Assembly (NCBI GenBank): GCA_050084515.1
Contig: CM114271.1
Span: 23,746,001 to 23,810,000 of the forward strand
Origin: Blasia pusilla
Taxonomy: Eukaryota
Direction: 5' to 3'
DNA length: 64,000 bases
The notes beneath the pieces were generated by a model. The model was not told the DNA's origin. It did no database searches and saw only the letters and a program-made list of their open reading frames with translations. The number at the start of each line of letters is the position of its first letter. The stretch's first letter is position 1. The position numbers were made by a program, and so were the translations under genes. Positions 14,321-26,832 of this stretch are shown here, piece by piece.

Positions 14321-14648
14321 AACCGGGGTTGAGTTAGTTGACTCTGGTCCCTCATGATAAGAATAAACTTTTTATGTTCTCGTTGCTAGTGTGCAGGAGA
14401 CATTAACTCTATGGGCAACCACCATCGATGCGAAATAGGAGGTGTTGTGTTTGACTATGCTTGAACTCTTTTTGAACTATGATGAATACGTTTGCGCGAG
14501 TGCCACTCTCGGCTTAACTTGACTGTCACTTGATTGATGAATAGGCGTGAGGGTACAAATTGGCCACTCGGGAAGAAAGCTTGCAATGGTCTCCGCCATA
14601 ATGCTAGTGTGACATTCTCAATCCTCCTAGTGGTAGTGCACCAATAGG

Positions 14649-15015
14649 TTTTGATGCACGTAAGGATAATTTCGTTTAGTTTTAGAATTATATGGTTGCA
14701 CAACAACGGACAAATTCGGCACTATGACAATTAAGTCCGAACATGTCCACGGCATGGATTGCAAGAGGTGGGAGCTAGATTTCATTGCATGTAAGGATAA
14801 TTTTGTTTAGTTTTAGGATTATATAATTACGCAAAAACGGACAAGTTCGTCACTATGACAAATAAGTCCGGGCATGGATTGCAAGAGGTGTGAGCTAGAT
14901 TTTGATGCATGTAAGGATAATTTCGTTTAGTTTTAGAATTATATAGTTACGCAAAAATGGACAAATTTGTCATTATAACAAATAAGTCCGGACATGAATT
15001 GCAAGAGGTGGGGCT
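14649..15015. repeat. Tandem repeat, 3 units of ~120 bp
   Basis: gcaagaggtg recurs at 14761, 14881 and 15001. A gtaaggataattt(c/t)gtttagttttag core is present in each unit. Confidence 0.9.
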
Positions 15016-15937
15016 CACACTTGTATTCATGATGGAAGGTAGATAAAAGGGAAGGAAGTGGAGGAAGGAAAAATGGGAAAGTATGAAAAAGAAGTGAAAA
15101 GTGAGACCCATATGCACAAATCTTGTCATAAGACGGACCTAAGTCCACATGCAACCCTATCGCTCTACCACATACGACATAAGCCCACATGCAACCCACA
15201 TGGACTTATGTCATATAGAAGGAGTTTGGAGGACATGTCCACACACACGGACTTTATCCACATACAACCTTGATGAATTGCTCAACGTCTAGAGGGAGTG
15301 GGGATGCTCGGATCTGGAAGAGGAATGGAAAGCAAAGCAAGAACGCTACCCACGAGCATGAAATGGATATAGATTCAGACGAAGATGACACTTATAATAT
15401 GTGGTAGGTAGCTCTCTCTTGTCATACTACTTGCTTTGCAGGTTACCTTGACATATTACTTGCTTTGCATGTTACCTTGTCGTCCATATGCCTATGATAT
15501 CTGGCATAGTCTAGAATCTTTATAGTGGTCACTTTGAAGGTTTGTATGATTGGATTTTCAGTACAATACGTATTCTAAAGTCTATGATGAGGGCATTTTG
15601 TTGGTTTACAACATCTCTTTAGTGGGGTAAGGAGGAGATTTAAGAGAAATCATTTGCATGTCTTTGCATTTGCACTTTTGAAACATCATCACCACAAATT
15701 GTTGAAATCCTCAAATACGAATCCCACATAAAGTCTAAAGCTTTTTGGAACGTGATGATTAGAGAAGATTTTTCAGACTACGGGAGGTTTTCAATTAGAT
15801 GAGAGTTTTGATTGCCAAAAATACTGAAACAAATTCCTTAAACAAGGAATGTGTACAAGGAGTAAGTTTAGATGTCGGGGATTAGTGACAACGACGACAT
15901 CCGTGAAAATGTCCATATGTTAAAGATGGACTTCATA

Positions 15938-16089
15938 TCTATATTATTATTGGAGAGTGCCTCCTTGATTTGCAAACGCCTCTTTGCTTGATATATGGCA
16001 ATCGGGAACAAGAATATGTATTATACGGGCAAAAGAATTTTATTTTTTTATGTAGAACATGATTAGTCCCTCGCGTGCTGCCACGCTAG
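15938..16089 (+). mobile_element. Helitron-like family copy (truncated or diverged)
   Basis: A|TCTATATTATTATTGGAGAG start shared with the family. Ends near gcgtg..cacgCTAG|T. Confidence 0.45.
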
Positions 16090-16203
16090 TACTGACCCAC
16101 AATTTTAGATAATTTAGAATTGATTTTTAGAAAGGAATTTTAAATTAGTTTCAAGTGAAGGGGAATAATCTTATCTGGTGAAAGAACACTCTCCCATAAT
16201 AGA

Positions 16204-16369
16204 GAAGGCCACTTGTCAACCATAGGATAGATATATAGGTGATTGGCATGCAAAGTAGTCACAGATTTTTTACTCTTGACTAAGAATGGTGCTAGTCATC
16301 TATATATATCTACAACCATATAGATATATATATATACCATATATATCTATATGGTTGAAAGTGGCCTTC
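16204..16369. mobile_element. MITE-like element with ~20-bp terminal inverted repeats and an internal AT-rich hairpin
   Basis: gaaggccacttgtcaaccata (16204) versus tatggttgaaagtggccttc (16350-16369). Internal arms caaccatatagatatata / tatatatctatatggttg. Confidence 0.5.
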
Positions 16370-16753
16370 CTCCTTTTATCTTTCACCATTAGACCATGCA
16401 TGGTCTAATGATGAAAATTCATTTGGTAGAGTATTTCAATTGAAAGATGATAATTATTGATGGGGATTGGTACTTCTTAGTGGAAGTAAATAAAAAATAA
16501 AGGAACTAAAAAATTGGGATCATGGTGAAAGAATGAGATATTTCTTTAAATTATGTAATCCAAAGAAATTGCTCCGTAACGTCGCAAAGAAACATGTAAG
16601 CTTCCCACGAGAAAAGAAGAGTTTCAACGTTCGAGTAAGTAGTTCCACTAGTAGAACTAACTATCTTCGTCTTCGTCCTCCATCAACCAGTCCAGTCGAC
16701 TGCCACTACATCCTCCGAAACGAACAAACGAACGAATCACCCATTTCTTCGAA

Positions 16754-19700
16754 TCACGTTTCGCTCACAACGGTTGCAGTCGTCAGAGGGCGGCGTCGCG
16801 AGGGAGAAGCGCACGAGCGAAATCGTCGGAGCTCGTCCGGGACAACGTCGGCAGAGGCCGCGGATTCGGTTTCGAGAGAGCAGCACGAGGGCACCGGAGC
16901 GATTCCCACACGCTCGTTGGCCTGGTCGTACAGAATGTAGAGATTCTGCTGCTGAACGTTCCCGATGATGGAGAAGTCGGACGTGCCCGCGACTGCCGTT
17001 GTATCCTCTTGAATAAAATATATAAACGTAGAAAAAGGATGGGAAACCCATCATGATACAAAAGAGGGTTGTTAAGGGGGCCTTCCCCCTAACAACCAAA
17101 ATCACCAACAGCAGAGACAATATCAGAAACATCTAGAAAATCATGACTACTACTAAGTGGGCCTCTAGCATTCGTGTCTCCAACCGCCTGAGCCCGCCAC
17201 AGAAGCCCATTTGCCTGGGCGCACTGCAAAGCTATGGAGACACGTTGACTACAATAAAGTATCGCAGTGGCTAAGGACAATCCATTTCTCGACTGGAGAT
17301 GATGGGCGCAATCCGTAAGGAACGAGTCAAACCTCTCCCCCATCCCCCCGTACATCTCAATGGCTAGGGGGATAAATCAATGTCCGTCATGAAGTCGACT
17401 ATAAATGTGGGTCTTCTTGACCGCCGCCGCCGCCGCTCCTTGTAGCAATCTCCCTTGTGCTACTACTTGGGCTCGCACAGCCTCCCGCGTAGGATCCGTC
17501 ACTACAAAATCCGCTACCTCCACCTCAGACTCCCTCGTCATGTACAGATCAGCACGGATGAGGGAATCCCGCATGGAATAGTGCCTCTCCCTTTGTATAT
17601 GGAATCCACTCTCCCGAGCAATAGAGAACATAATATCCCGCACTGCATCGTGAGTGGCTATCCTCTCACCCCCAACTGGACACCGTGCCAAATGCACACC
17701 AAGTGGATCCAGACTCCGGTGACACTCGCAATGTGTCGAACCAACCACCGTCGGTTGGGCAGGCCCAGTCGGAACCTCATCGCTGTAGTGTAGGTAAGTG
17801 GTGCGATGCAGAAATCCGGGATGAGGGGACGAGCCCCCACCCATGAGCCTGCCTTCTTTCCGGAGCAAGAGCGAATACGGGCCCGAACCTCCATGGGGAT
17901 ATTCCCGTCCAACATAATAGCTCTAAACAATGCATCAAAGTGGACTTCCATCAAAGAAGATTGGAGCCCAGACTATCCGGAGGTAACTAGGGAAGAGAAA
18001 GCGGGAAGAACTGCTCTAGCCTCAACAAGAAGGGAGTCTCTACAAGCTGTGAGTGAAGACTGAAGTGGAAAAAGACCATCCTCAACCTAGGAAACGTACT
18101 GTAAAAGTAGCCGTCTCTCCCTAACCAAAAATCGGGAGCGGAGGAGGGGTGCTACAGTGGCCCAACTCCCTAAAAAGGCTGAAGACGCCACTAACCCAAT
18201 CGCTATGAGACCTACTCCACCAAAGGCAATTGGCCAAGAAGCCTGTCTACGAGCTAACTCCCCCGCGGGGCACTCTAATGAGCCGGGTCCTAGAAGATCC
18301 CCAAACGCCTGCATAATCTTTCTATCAAAAGATCTATACAAGGAAGAAATATGGCTAGTCGTCCACATGATTCTACACAGATAACCAGATTTACGGGCAA
18401 AACATGACGAGAGGATTCCATAAGCTACTTGAGGGTCACCAATCCTCGTGAGATCGTCGACATGAAGAAGATCCTCGGTAAGAGCTGCCGCCACAAAACT
18501 CGATACAAAGTCCTGGCTCCCGAGTGGGACTCCCAAGACGCGAAGCCCTCCAACATGTGTCAAAAAACCGTCGGGTAAATGAATATTCGTTGACAAGCCT
18601 AATGAAGACCAAGCCGTGCACTTTCCCACCTTCACCGCGAGGCCGACGTGTGTCAAAAGTGTTGAAATGCATGAACAACCAAGTCTCCAGGACCGACAAT
18701 ATGAGTATCATCTACCAACGAAGGGAAAATGCAACTCGGGAAAGCCTCCACCGTAAAAAGAACTGCTCCAAAGCAAACGCATGGAGGAAGACATTATTCG
18801 CGGGAAGAGCCACGTCTACATTGTGGAACCGGAAGGTAACCCAAGGGAAATGGGGGTGCGGACGTCGGACAAGAAGTACCGGATGAGAGACTGCAATCGT
18901 CGAAGGAAAGGCCCATAGGCGGACTCGATGAGGTAAGTGAGAGTGGTTCCGGAATCCAGAATCACACCGCCTTCACCAGATCGCTCGAGGTCGAACGCGC
19001 CCGTCGGAATGCTCACCCGTTCGGCGTTCACCTCGATGCCTTTCAGCTTCACGTAGTAGAAAGTGCGCGCAGCAGGGTTGCGGATCAGGGGTGTGTACTC
19101 CGAATTCAAGCCGCTGGCGGTAGTCGACGCAGCTGCACCGAAGATCAGCGGACTGGACTGGGAGGCGGAGCTCGAGATGTCCACCAGACAGTAGGAGAAT
19201 TGATCGCCGATCTAGGCCCCGATCTGCTCGTTGAAGGAGATGGAGCCGCGGCCCAGACCCACGACCCCGTCGATCCCGGAGAAGGAGCCCTCATTCGCGT
19301 GGCCACATCCAAACGCGAAATCGGGGAACGCGTGAGTATCTTCGGAGGCGATCGTCGACGTGAGGGTTTCAGTGGCGAAGTCGCCCTGCCCTGTTTGCTG
19401 GACCTGTCTCCATATCCGTATCGGTAGCGGCAGAACCCGCCGCTGTCGAGTCCGTGTGGAAGCTCCGCGCAGAGGCCGCTTGAGAACGGGATCCGCTGGA
19501 AGGTGGACGAATTGCTCGGATCCAGGTCTGGATCCGGTTGCTTGTAGCAAGCTTCGCACGGAGCGCACTGCAGCCACATGAGGTCCACGATCGCACTTCT
19601 CGTCTGCGGAGGCGTTCCCAGAGAAATGCTCATGAAGAAACTTCCTGGGAGCGAGGAGACGTGTGAAACGAAGCTGCTGGAGTCCGGCGAGATTTCCGTC

Positions 19701-20114
19701 CCCGAAGGCAAATGCACCCCTCTTTCTTCTGTCACTCCACTCGCGATGACATTCTGCAACCCTTCCACGCGCCGATTGGTCCTCCGGATGGCATTCTGAA
19801 ACCTCTCGTAGAATCCAGCCTCCGAGTCGAACGGTGGCGAATGGACGTGCCGGTCCAAGTGCATCAGCTCCGCTTTGAGACCTCCGAATCGGGCACCGGA
19901 TTTTCCACCATGAGATCTCGACCCCAGCTCCTCGACATCAGTCTCCGCTTCGAATTCGCGCCGACGGTGCAAGTGCTCATCATCGGTAGTGCGCGTCGAC
20001 CTCGCGATTCCTTCGTGAATGTTGAGACCCAGTGCTGGTGCTGCTACTGACTGTTGGCGTCAGTAGCAGCACCAGCACCGCAGGCAGCACTGCGAATGCA
20101 TGGACGGGGAGCAT
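16754..20114 (-). pseudogene. Nepenthesin/CDR1-like (A1B) aspartic protease pseudogene, interrupted by a non-LTR retrotransposon
   Basis: Signal-peptide-like start MLPVHAFAVLPAVLVLLL, then ISLGTPPQ, WLQCAPC, FAFGCG, GVVGLGRG, FSYCLV, VILDSGTT and C-terminal IIGNVQQQNLYILYD (16900-16975). The first catalytic DTGSD is reduced to a single D. Also a frameshift ~19385, in-frame TAG ~19212 and a deletion beside the insertion. Confidence 0.88.
17011..18875 (-). mobile_element. 5'-truncated CRE-clade (restriction-like endonuclease) non-LTR retrotransposon
   Basis: RT tail FPSLVDDTHIVG, GLRVLGVPLG and P..FGGVGL; RFRLGLP; zinc motif CEC..LDPLGVHLARC; THDAVRD, RADLY and ADFVVTDP; FIPLAIEMYG. Frameshifted. 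Confidence 0.8.
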
Positions 20115-20802
20115 GATGGATCGCTTGCTAGATCATCAGAGGATGGGTGAATGAATGACTCAGGATAACTGACAGAAGGAGTACATGCATGACGTCGAAG
20201 GAAATCGTCAAATTTATGCTCCATCTTCGGGGCTCGCGTTCGTCTCCAGCTACGACGAAGAATCTCCGAAAGATGAAAGCGAACATCTGGAGAATCACTG
20301 AATATGTGCCTTGTGTCGTGCGAGTACAATCGCGCAGTACCTACCACTCAACAACCGTCCTATCTCCACATTCTCAAACACGCATCCTTTTTCCCACTTC
20401 TCCGTCTTCGGCCTCACACGCAATTCATCGATCTCTCCTGCCATCTGGCTTCCGTCTGTGCGCAAGGAATCGAAGCTTTCCATCTCCAAAGATGGCGTGC
20501 GCGCTCCATTTTTTCTGGGAATCATGGTCGATCCTGCTCCGGAGAGAATATGCACGACAAATCATATTCTCACGTTTTTCATCCCCTCCAGATTTCGTCA
20601 TCGCTAGTAGTTATGGACCTTTACGATAGGCCTGTGCTCAAAGCTGTCTACTCCTAGACTAGCACGTGGAAGAAAACTTTTTGATACTTGCGGAGGCTCG
20701 TTATTAGAAGACTAATATACACATCGTGGGAAAGGGCACATCACCTCTAAACCTATTAAGAAAACTAGGAATGTAGGTGGGTTTTCAAATATACTCTTTT
20801 CA

Positions 20803-21010
20803 TTTATATTATTGTGGGAGAATGTTTTCTTAATTTGTAAATACTTTTATGTTTGACACGTGGCAACTGGGTAACCACAAAATGTTTCACATGCAGCAGG
20901 AAAAAAATTGAATTTATGTTTAACATCATTAATATCTTCCCTTAATGAATTATACATTAGTTCTTCAAACACTTTTTTTTTTGCTATGCATTGCACAAGC
21001 ACCTTATTAA
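20803..21010 (+). mobile_element. Helitron-like family copy
   Basis: Full-length homology to 8465-8693 and 30375-30569. Termini are degraded (TT..TTAA). Confidence 0.55.
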
Positions 21011-21779
21011 TAACATAGATTGTCGATGACCAACGGATCTGGAAGATCTGGCTGTTGTATCATGAACATCTCACCGATCAAGTCAGGTTCGATGCGGCCG
21101 GCTACCTGCCCAATCGGGTCACTACGATCGTCGTATAGTAACCGTGTTATCTCCTTCTCGTCGGTTGGAAATAGGTGGTAACATGGTCGCAAAACTTACG
21201 CCCTGTGTTTGACGGCGTGAATTCTATTGAGGTCCCATGAATGCCATCTTCCGGATCAACAAAGATCCAAAACCTAGGGCCGGGTCCTTATGATCTCAAT
21301 TGCATGGGACAAGGTCCTCAAATTTGCGAAATTCAGTAGTCACATTGTAAATTCTGGGAGTGCTAGCTGCGAATGACAAAAATCAAATAAAAACTTGCAA
21401 GATGAGAATCATAATATCACACTTGTCAATGGCTAAAAGATCAATAGTTTGGCTGAGGGGAATGGGACATAAGTGCTTCTTACATGGACCCTTTGATCTA
21501 GGTACTTACCTTCAATGAAATGGTCATTTTACAGCGCAAATGGCCCGTTAGTGTTGACCATGAAGTTTTGTTTTCATTATAAAGGACGCCATTGCCACAC
21601 ACCAATCATTCTGGCAAAAATTTGATTTAGATCTTAGTCTATCTGTTAAATCAGTTTCGGATGATCCTGTTAGTTGGAATCACGTAATGTCATGCATGTG
21701 TAGGACTAAACACAAAATTTTGGTAAAAAACTAAAGAAGACAACAAGAAAATGCGGAGGAAACTATGATGCTGTTAAAT

Positions 21780-22035
21780 TGATCATAAACCTTATCCAAC
21801 CCACGCCTCGCACGGATCGGCCATAAAATTCCTTATGGAATCAGGGCCTATTCATCCTCGGGTTAGAAGCCATAAAATTCCTTGTGGTCTCATGCCTATT
21901 CATCCTCGGGTTAGGGGTACGTGGATTATGTTTGAAGAAGAGCTCGTGTTAAACAAACCACCTCCGGGGGACTCGAACATAGGACCTGCACCTGCACAAT
22001 GAGCGAACCGTCTACTCCACTAGAATCCCCTGCTA
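21780..22035 (-). mobile_element. Candidate tRNA-derived SINE containing a ~50-bp tandem duplication (21820-21915)
   Basis: The minus strand has an A-box-like TAGTGGAGTAG and a B-box-like GTTCGAGTCC about 40 nt apart, followed by the duplicated gccataaaattcctt...cctattcatcctcgggttag segment. Confidence 0.35.
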
Positions 22036-23444
22036 GCGACCTGTTTGCGACTAAAAGGCAAAGTATTAATAAAACTCTTAATCTGTCATCCAAAATAGAA
22101 CCTGTGGCTTCAAGGTCTTGACCTCGGGTTAACTCACCCGAGAGTGAATAGGCGCAAAGGTCTCAAGGCATAACTCCCGGAAACTGTACAGGAACTTTGG
22201 GCGGCCAGAAGCTGGCTGGCGTTATTTATACATGCTGGCCTGCACTCGCTCGAAGACGAAACCTTTGGAGGATAAACGCTAAAAGATGAGAGACCCAACA
22301 TTTCTAGCTTTAAGCTTGATGCATACAGAATGCTCTTGCGGGTCTCTTGAGAAACTGAAATGTATTCGGTCCACCCCATTGACGAGTACTAAAAGTTCTT
22401 GTCCGAGCCTTGATCTAAACTTACTTATTGTACTATGCATTCAGAGCTTCCACCCAGATTAGGACCTGCTTAAGTAGATATTGGAGATAGGGGAGGTAGG
22501 AAATGATCTATAGGCTCTATGATGTTCACTCTCTAGCTCTATAATGGATAATAGATCCACCTATAATCAAACGAAAATCTTGGGGGATAATCGAAAAAAT
22601 TCTTCATCTGTAAACCCATTGTTCTATATACCCATATATATAGGTGTGGCAGTGCCCCAAAGAACTAAAATCAAGGCAATACGTGAATATGTTTGAACGC
22701 CCAGAACACAGATATCATGGATCTCTTTGTCTCCGACTTTATCAAGAAATAACCATCACACCACATGATTATCACTGAGGCTTCCTGAGTGGCGCACTAC
22801 CCAAACGAAGAGTCCACTAACCTCAGGTAAGTTCTAGTACTGCGTATATATAGCCGATATTATTAGGACACATAGTGACATCTGAGCTTGTCAACTCATC
22901 ACAAACACTTTGTTTGTAATTCACAAACTCCAACTTCAACCAGGAACAAAAATCATTGTGCACGTTCGATGTGTGAAATTCCTCTTGATCTGCCATGGGT
23001 GGTGTGCAGTCTAAATTTGGAATGGAGCCACCTGAGGATACATGTGACGTCAAATTGGAATGGCAGGGCCAGCTCAGAGCAACAGACGCCCATAGCTATC
23101 CTAAAGCATTGATAGAGACGAAGTTTTAGGACTACACTGCCATCAGTCTAACACGGTCATGGATTCCTTCACACAACTACGAGGGGCATGCCCCCTCCAG
23201 CCGCTGCCTAGATCTGGAGTGCACTGTAAATGACATACACATGGCACTAGGAAGTTCATTCAGGGCATGCTCTTACTACAGGTTGTGTTTTAACAATGCA
23301 GAGGAAAATTACAAAGCAAATGACACTCTGCCAGACATTAAGTTTCCCACACTTCCTTGTTGCAGACCTTTAGGTTTGCAGTCCCGAACCAAATGTCCTT
23401 CTCCTGCAGCATCACCAAAACAAGGTTGGTTTGACTGATTACTT

Positions 23445-26400
23445 TCATCTGATGACTTCATTGTGGCTGTAATAGAGAACTTGAAATGTCTCCTACAAAG
23501 GCATATGTGCATGTGGGGAATCATACAAATTCCGTTGCTTCCATCCACAATATAGTTTTCCAACATGGAAACAGGCATTTATAGCAAGTTACAAAGATGA
23601 CCATATTGGCCCAAACTTGAAGATGCAGTTTTTTGTAAGAAACAAAACAAAATTTCTACGGTGCTGGTTGCCAGGATTTGAACCCACTCAAAACTGAATC
23701 CCCGGCTGAGCCTAACATTATTACATCAACCGAGTATCAGTCACAATATTCTGCTCATACCATGTGAACACATCACAGCCACGACACCCAAACCCTTGTG
23801 TCTACTTGCTCCCCTGTTCCATGAAAACAGAAGAAAACTAGTGACGTGAATAAAGATAAAGCGTCTTCACATGGAAATCAGAGTACTCACAGCTACAAGT
23901 TCACTTCATACAGAGCTGGAAAGATGGTTGTAAAATCTTGGTTTATTTCTCCAGATCGTCCATGGCCATCCGCTGCATTGTGGAAACAAACTTTAGGAAC
24001 CACCAGAGCAGCTATGACTGGAAAAGGACAGGAGATTAATGTAACAACTCAGACTAGATATTTATACGCACCTGTCGCTTGCTGATATAAGGTCGAATTG
24101 ACTCCCTATTTGAAGTACCATAGCTTGTCCTCTTTCCCATACTGGAGCCCCGCTTAAGACCATTAGAACGTTTTTCAGCCTCAAACTCTTTCCTAGTTTC
24201 TCGTCGTGACCCACTTTGCCAGACACTCCCAAAACTGGGTAACCATGAAGAGCTGTCTGGATAACTTCTCTCCACAATTTCCCCCCTCTGCTCTCTCTCA
24301 AGCTCAGCCCTTCGTTGCTCTGACCATGCTGCTCCTACTCTCTTTGGGTTCCTGAGCTTTGCTAACTTTCTCTCCTGAGTTCTAGATAGAGGCAATGAAT
24401 GACTAGGCAAGGACATCTGGGATCCATTTCCTAGAGAATTGCTCTTCTTCAGCCATGGTGGAAGAGCTCCTGTGTGCACGTTTCCCTCCCCAGGATTCAA
24501 AGACGACACTTGGATAGCCGTAAGATCTGTGTCAACCAAGAGATGGGCCAAGACAAGACTTAGTTTGCTTTTTGACACATTCTGACCAGGCCAACAAATC
24601 ATGTAAATCAAAAGCTCCTCAACTCCTCGAAGCATGTAGGATGTCTAATGGACTTGTTTGCTTATGAAGCGAGTCTCCAATTCTTCAAACTATGCAATAT
24701 GAATCCATCAGATGAAGTGAATGAGGTCACAAGGAAATACTTTGTCCAAGTTCCACGTCTGTTCGTTGAACAGTCTCTGGAGCTCCTCTAACGGATTGAT
24801 CCATCTGACTCTTGATGAGACCAGATACCTCCTCTCTGCTAACAATAGGCTGAGGGATTTTGTTCAGACCAGGTGTATCTAGCGTCTGCACAATAATCTC
24901 AAACTCTTAATCCTTAAAATCAAAGATATCTATCACAAAAGAATTGAGAGAATTCACGTGAGTGAGAGCTCAGACTCAAGTTGCCACAAGGCTTTCGTAT
25001 TAGCATGTGCACCAGTGAGCATGGAGCTAAGCACAGAACTACCGCCGACAAATCAAACGAAAATCAAGAATATGGTGTGAAAACTAACCCTTGACATGCC
25101 TCCAATCTTCCCATTACTCACCCGTGGAATCACTTGCAGAAGAATCTGTGAACTCATGACAGGCCTTGGCTCTGAAGATAATGCCAGGTTATTCAGAACT
25201 TGATTCATAGTACTGGAAGGTTGAAATTCACAATACCTCAGGCGAAACATCATGAAGAACTTGTTACTGACAAGGATTGCCCACATGTGCACTAACGAAT
25301 GACCCCCATGTACACGGATATCTGTCAAAGCAAGTTATTCACATATACATAGGAAAGCACTCTGGCTATTTTGATGTTCCTACTCACAAAGCAATGTAAC
25401 TCAACCCATGAATATGAAAGCAGGTCAGCGCAGACCTTCCCAAGCAGTAGACTGAAGTTCCGAGTGCATCTGATCAAGACTTTCTTGTGTATCCTGCATT
25501 AAACTTTTGCCCTTTTGCTGTGAGAAACCTGAGATATGTTGCTGTTGCAGGACTGGGGTTGCCATCGAGTGCAAGGTTTCCCGCGCAGATGCAGAAGCAT
25601 AGCGAACAGAGCCACTTGACAGATTACCATCCTGGAAACTTTGATCCGTAAGGACTGATAAAGGCTTAACAGCTAAAGAAGAACCAATTACAACAGAGTT
25701 GCTAATAACGTTTTCAGTAGAAGCCGCATCAGTAGAACTTCGGTCAGAGTGGATATTATTTATCTTGATGTACCCAGTGTCATCCACTCCTGCGAGCACT
25801 GGCGCCACCTTACAGGCCTCCTCCCACTGTCAGCCCAAATTACCACACGAATTGGCGTTAGAATACTGGCATCTTGATCTTGCCAAATGTTCCCACCGAA
25901 TGAAATCTCCTTAGATCGTTCGTTATAGGGGGTTCGTTCCAAAAAGCTCCAATTACGTATTCGGAGAAAGATGAACTTTCCCGGAAATTTTTATTCGTTC
26001 ATCACCAAATGAAATTCCAGACGCAAGGCTCTTATCTTTACATAGCAAACCCATGCTCATAGACGTATTACGATATGGCCGGGTAGAGTGCAGAGTACCT
26101 TCTCCAAAGAGTCTGCTGCGATAATATACAGATTTCGTTTCTCAATATCCCCTCCATTATCGAACCAAAACTTCTTCACGGCCTCCACGTGATGTTTGCT
26201 CGCAAGATGGCCAATCGCCTCTGCACTGTTGGATGAAGCCAAGCGAAACAAATCAACTATCCTTGGGATCGCAGCAGTGCTCTTGCATATGGTCTTAGGG
26301 TAAATGAAAATTAAAGTTTAACCGCTTGCCCACGATTCAAGTTTAACCGCTTGCAACACGATGCACTTTCCACAACTACGAAGGCAGAAGGGCGTGAAAA

Positions 26401-26832
26401 CATCCGAAGAACCATGGCTCTCAGTCCTATTTCTGCGGTGGACATGAAACTACTCGCGAACAGTCCTCTAATTTCGGAGAGGTGTAGCAATTAGATGAGG
26501 GACAATGTTTTCAAAGTAAGAAATGAGATTGCTAAGTTGTCGTCCATTCATAACGAAGGCAGCGACTTCTCTTCTCGAATCGAAGTTTACCATGCAAAAA
26601 CACTGCTTTGCTCTTTGATTTCCTGCTCACAGAAATGACACCAAAATTTGTTTCGATCCCGAGCATCCTCAGTCAAACGAACGACATTCTTCACGAAGAA
26701 TCTGACTTCTTGAACTTTCTTTAGAATCTTCCCCAGCAGAACGTCCAGGCGTTGCTTATGCGTCGCGGCGTAGCGATGGGCTCTTCCTCTATTGTGGTTT
26801 TGCCGGCAAACTTGACAGAACTGGAACTGCAT
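23445..26832 (-). CDS. TTL: TITAN-LIKE / CCDC84 (CENATAC) zinc-finger protein; exons 26832-26591, 26225-26099, 25826-25529, 24526-24072, possible last exon 23492-23445
   Basis: N-terminal CQVC..H..GRAHRY...H, FWCHFC and AIGHLASKHH; C-terminal GNVHTGALPPWL, NPKRVGAAW and WLPSFGSVWQSG. Splice phases are compatible. The exon 3 end and the last exon are uncertain. Confidence 0.85.

Noticed and set aside
14649-15015. CRISPR-like array
   Set aside because: Whole units repeat with no unique spacers, and the context is eukaryotic.
23665-23730. tRNA-like GGTTCAAATCC on the minus strand (also GGTTCGATTCC at ~30915)
   Set aside because: Only a T-loop/B-box-like motif is present, with no cloverleaf.
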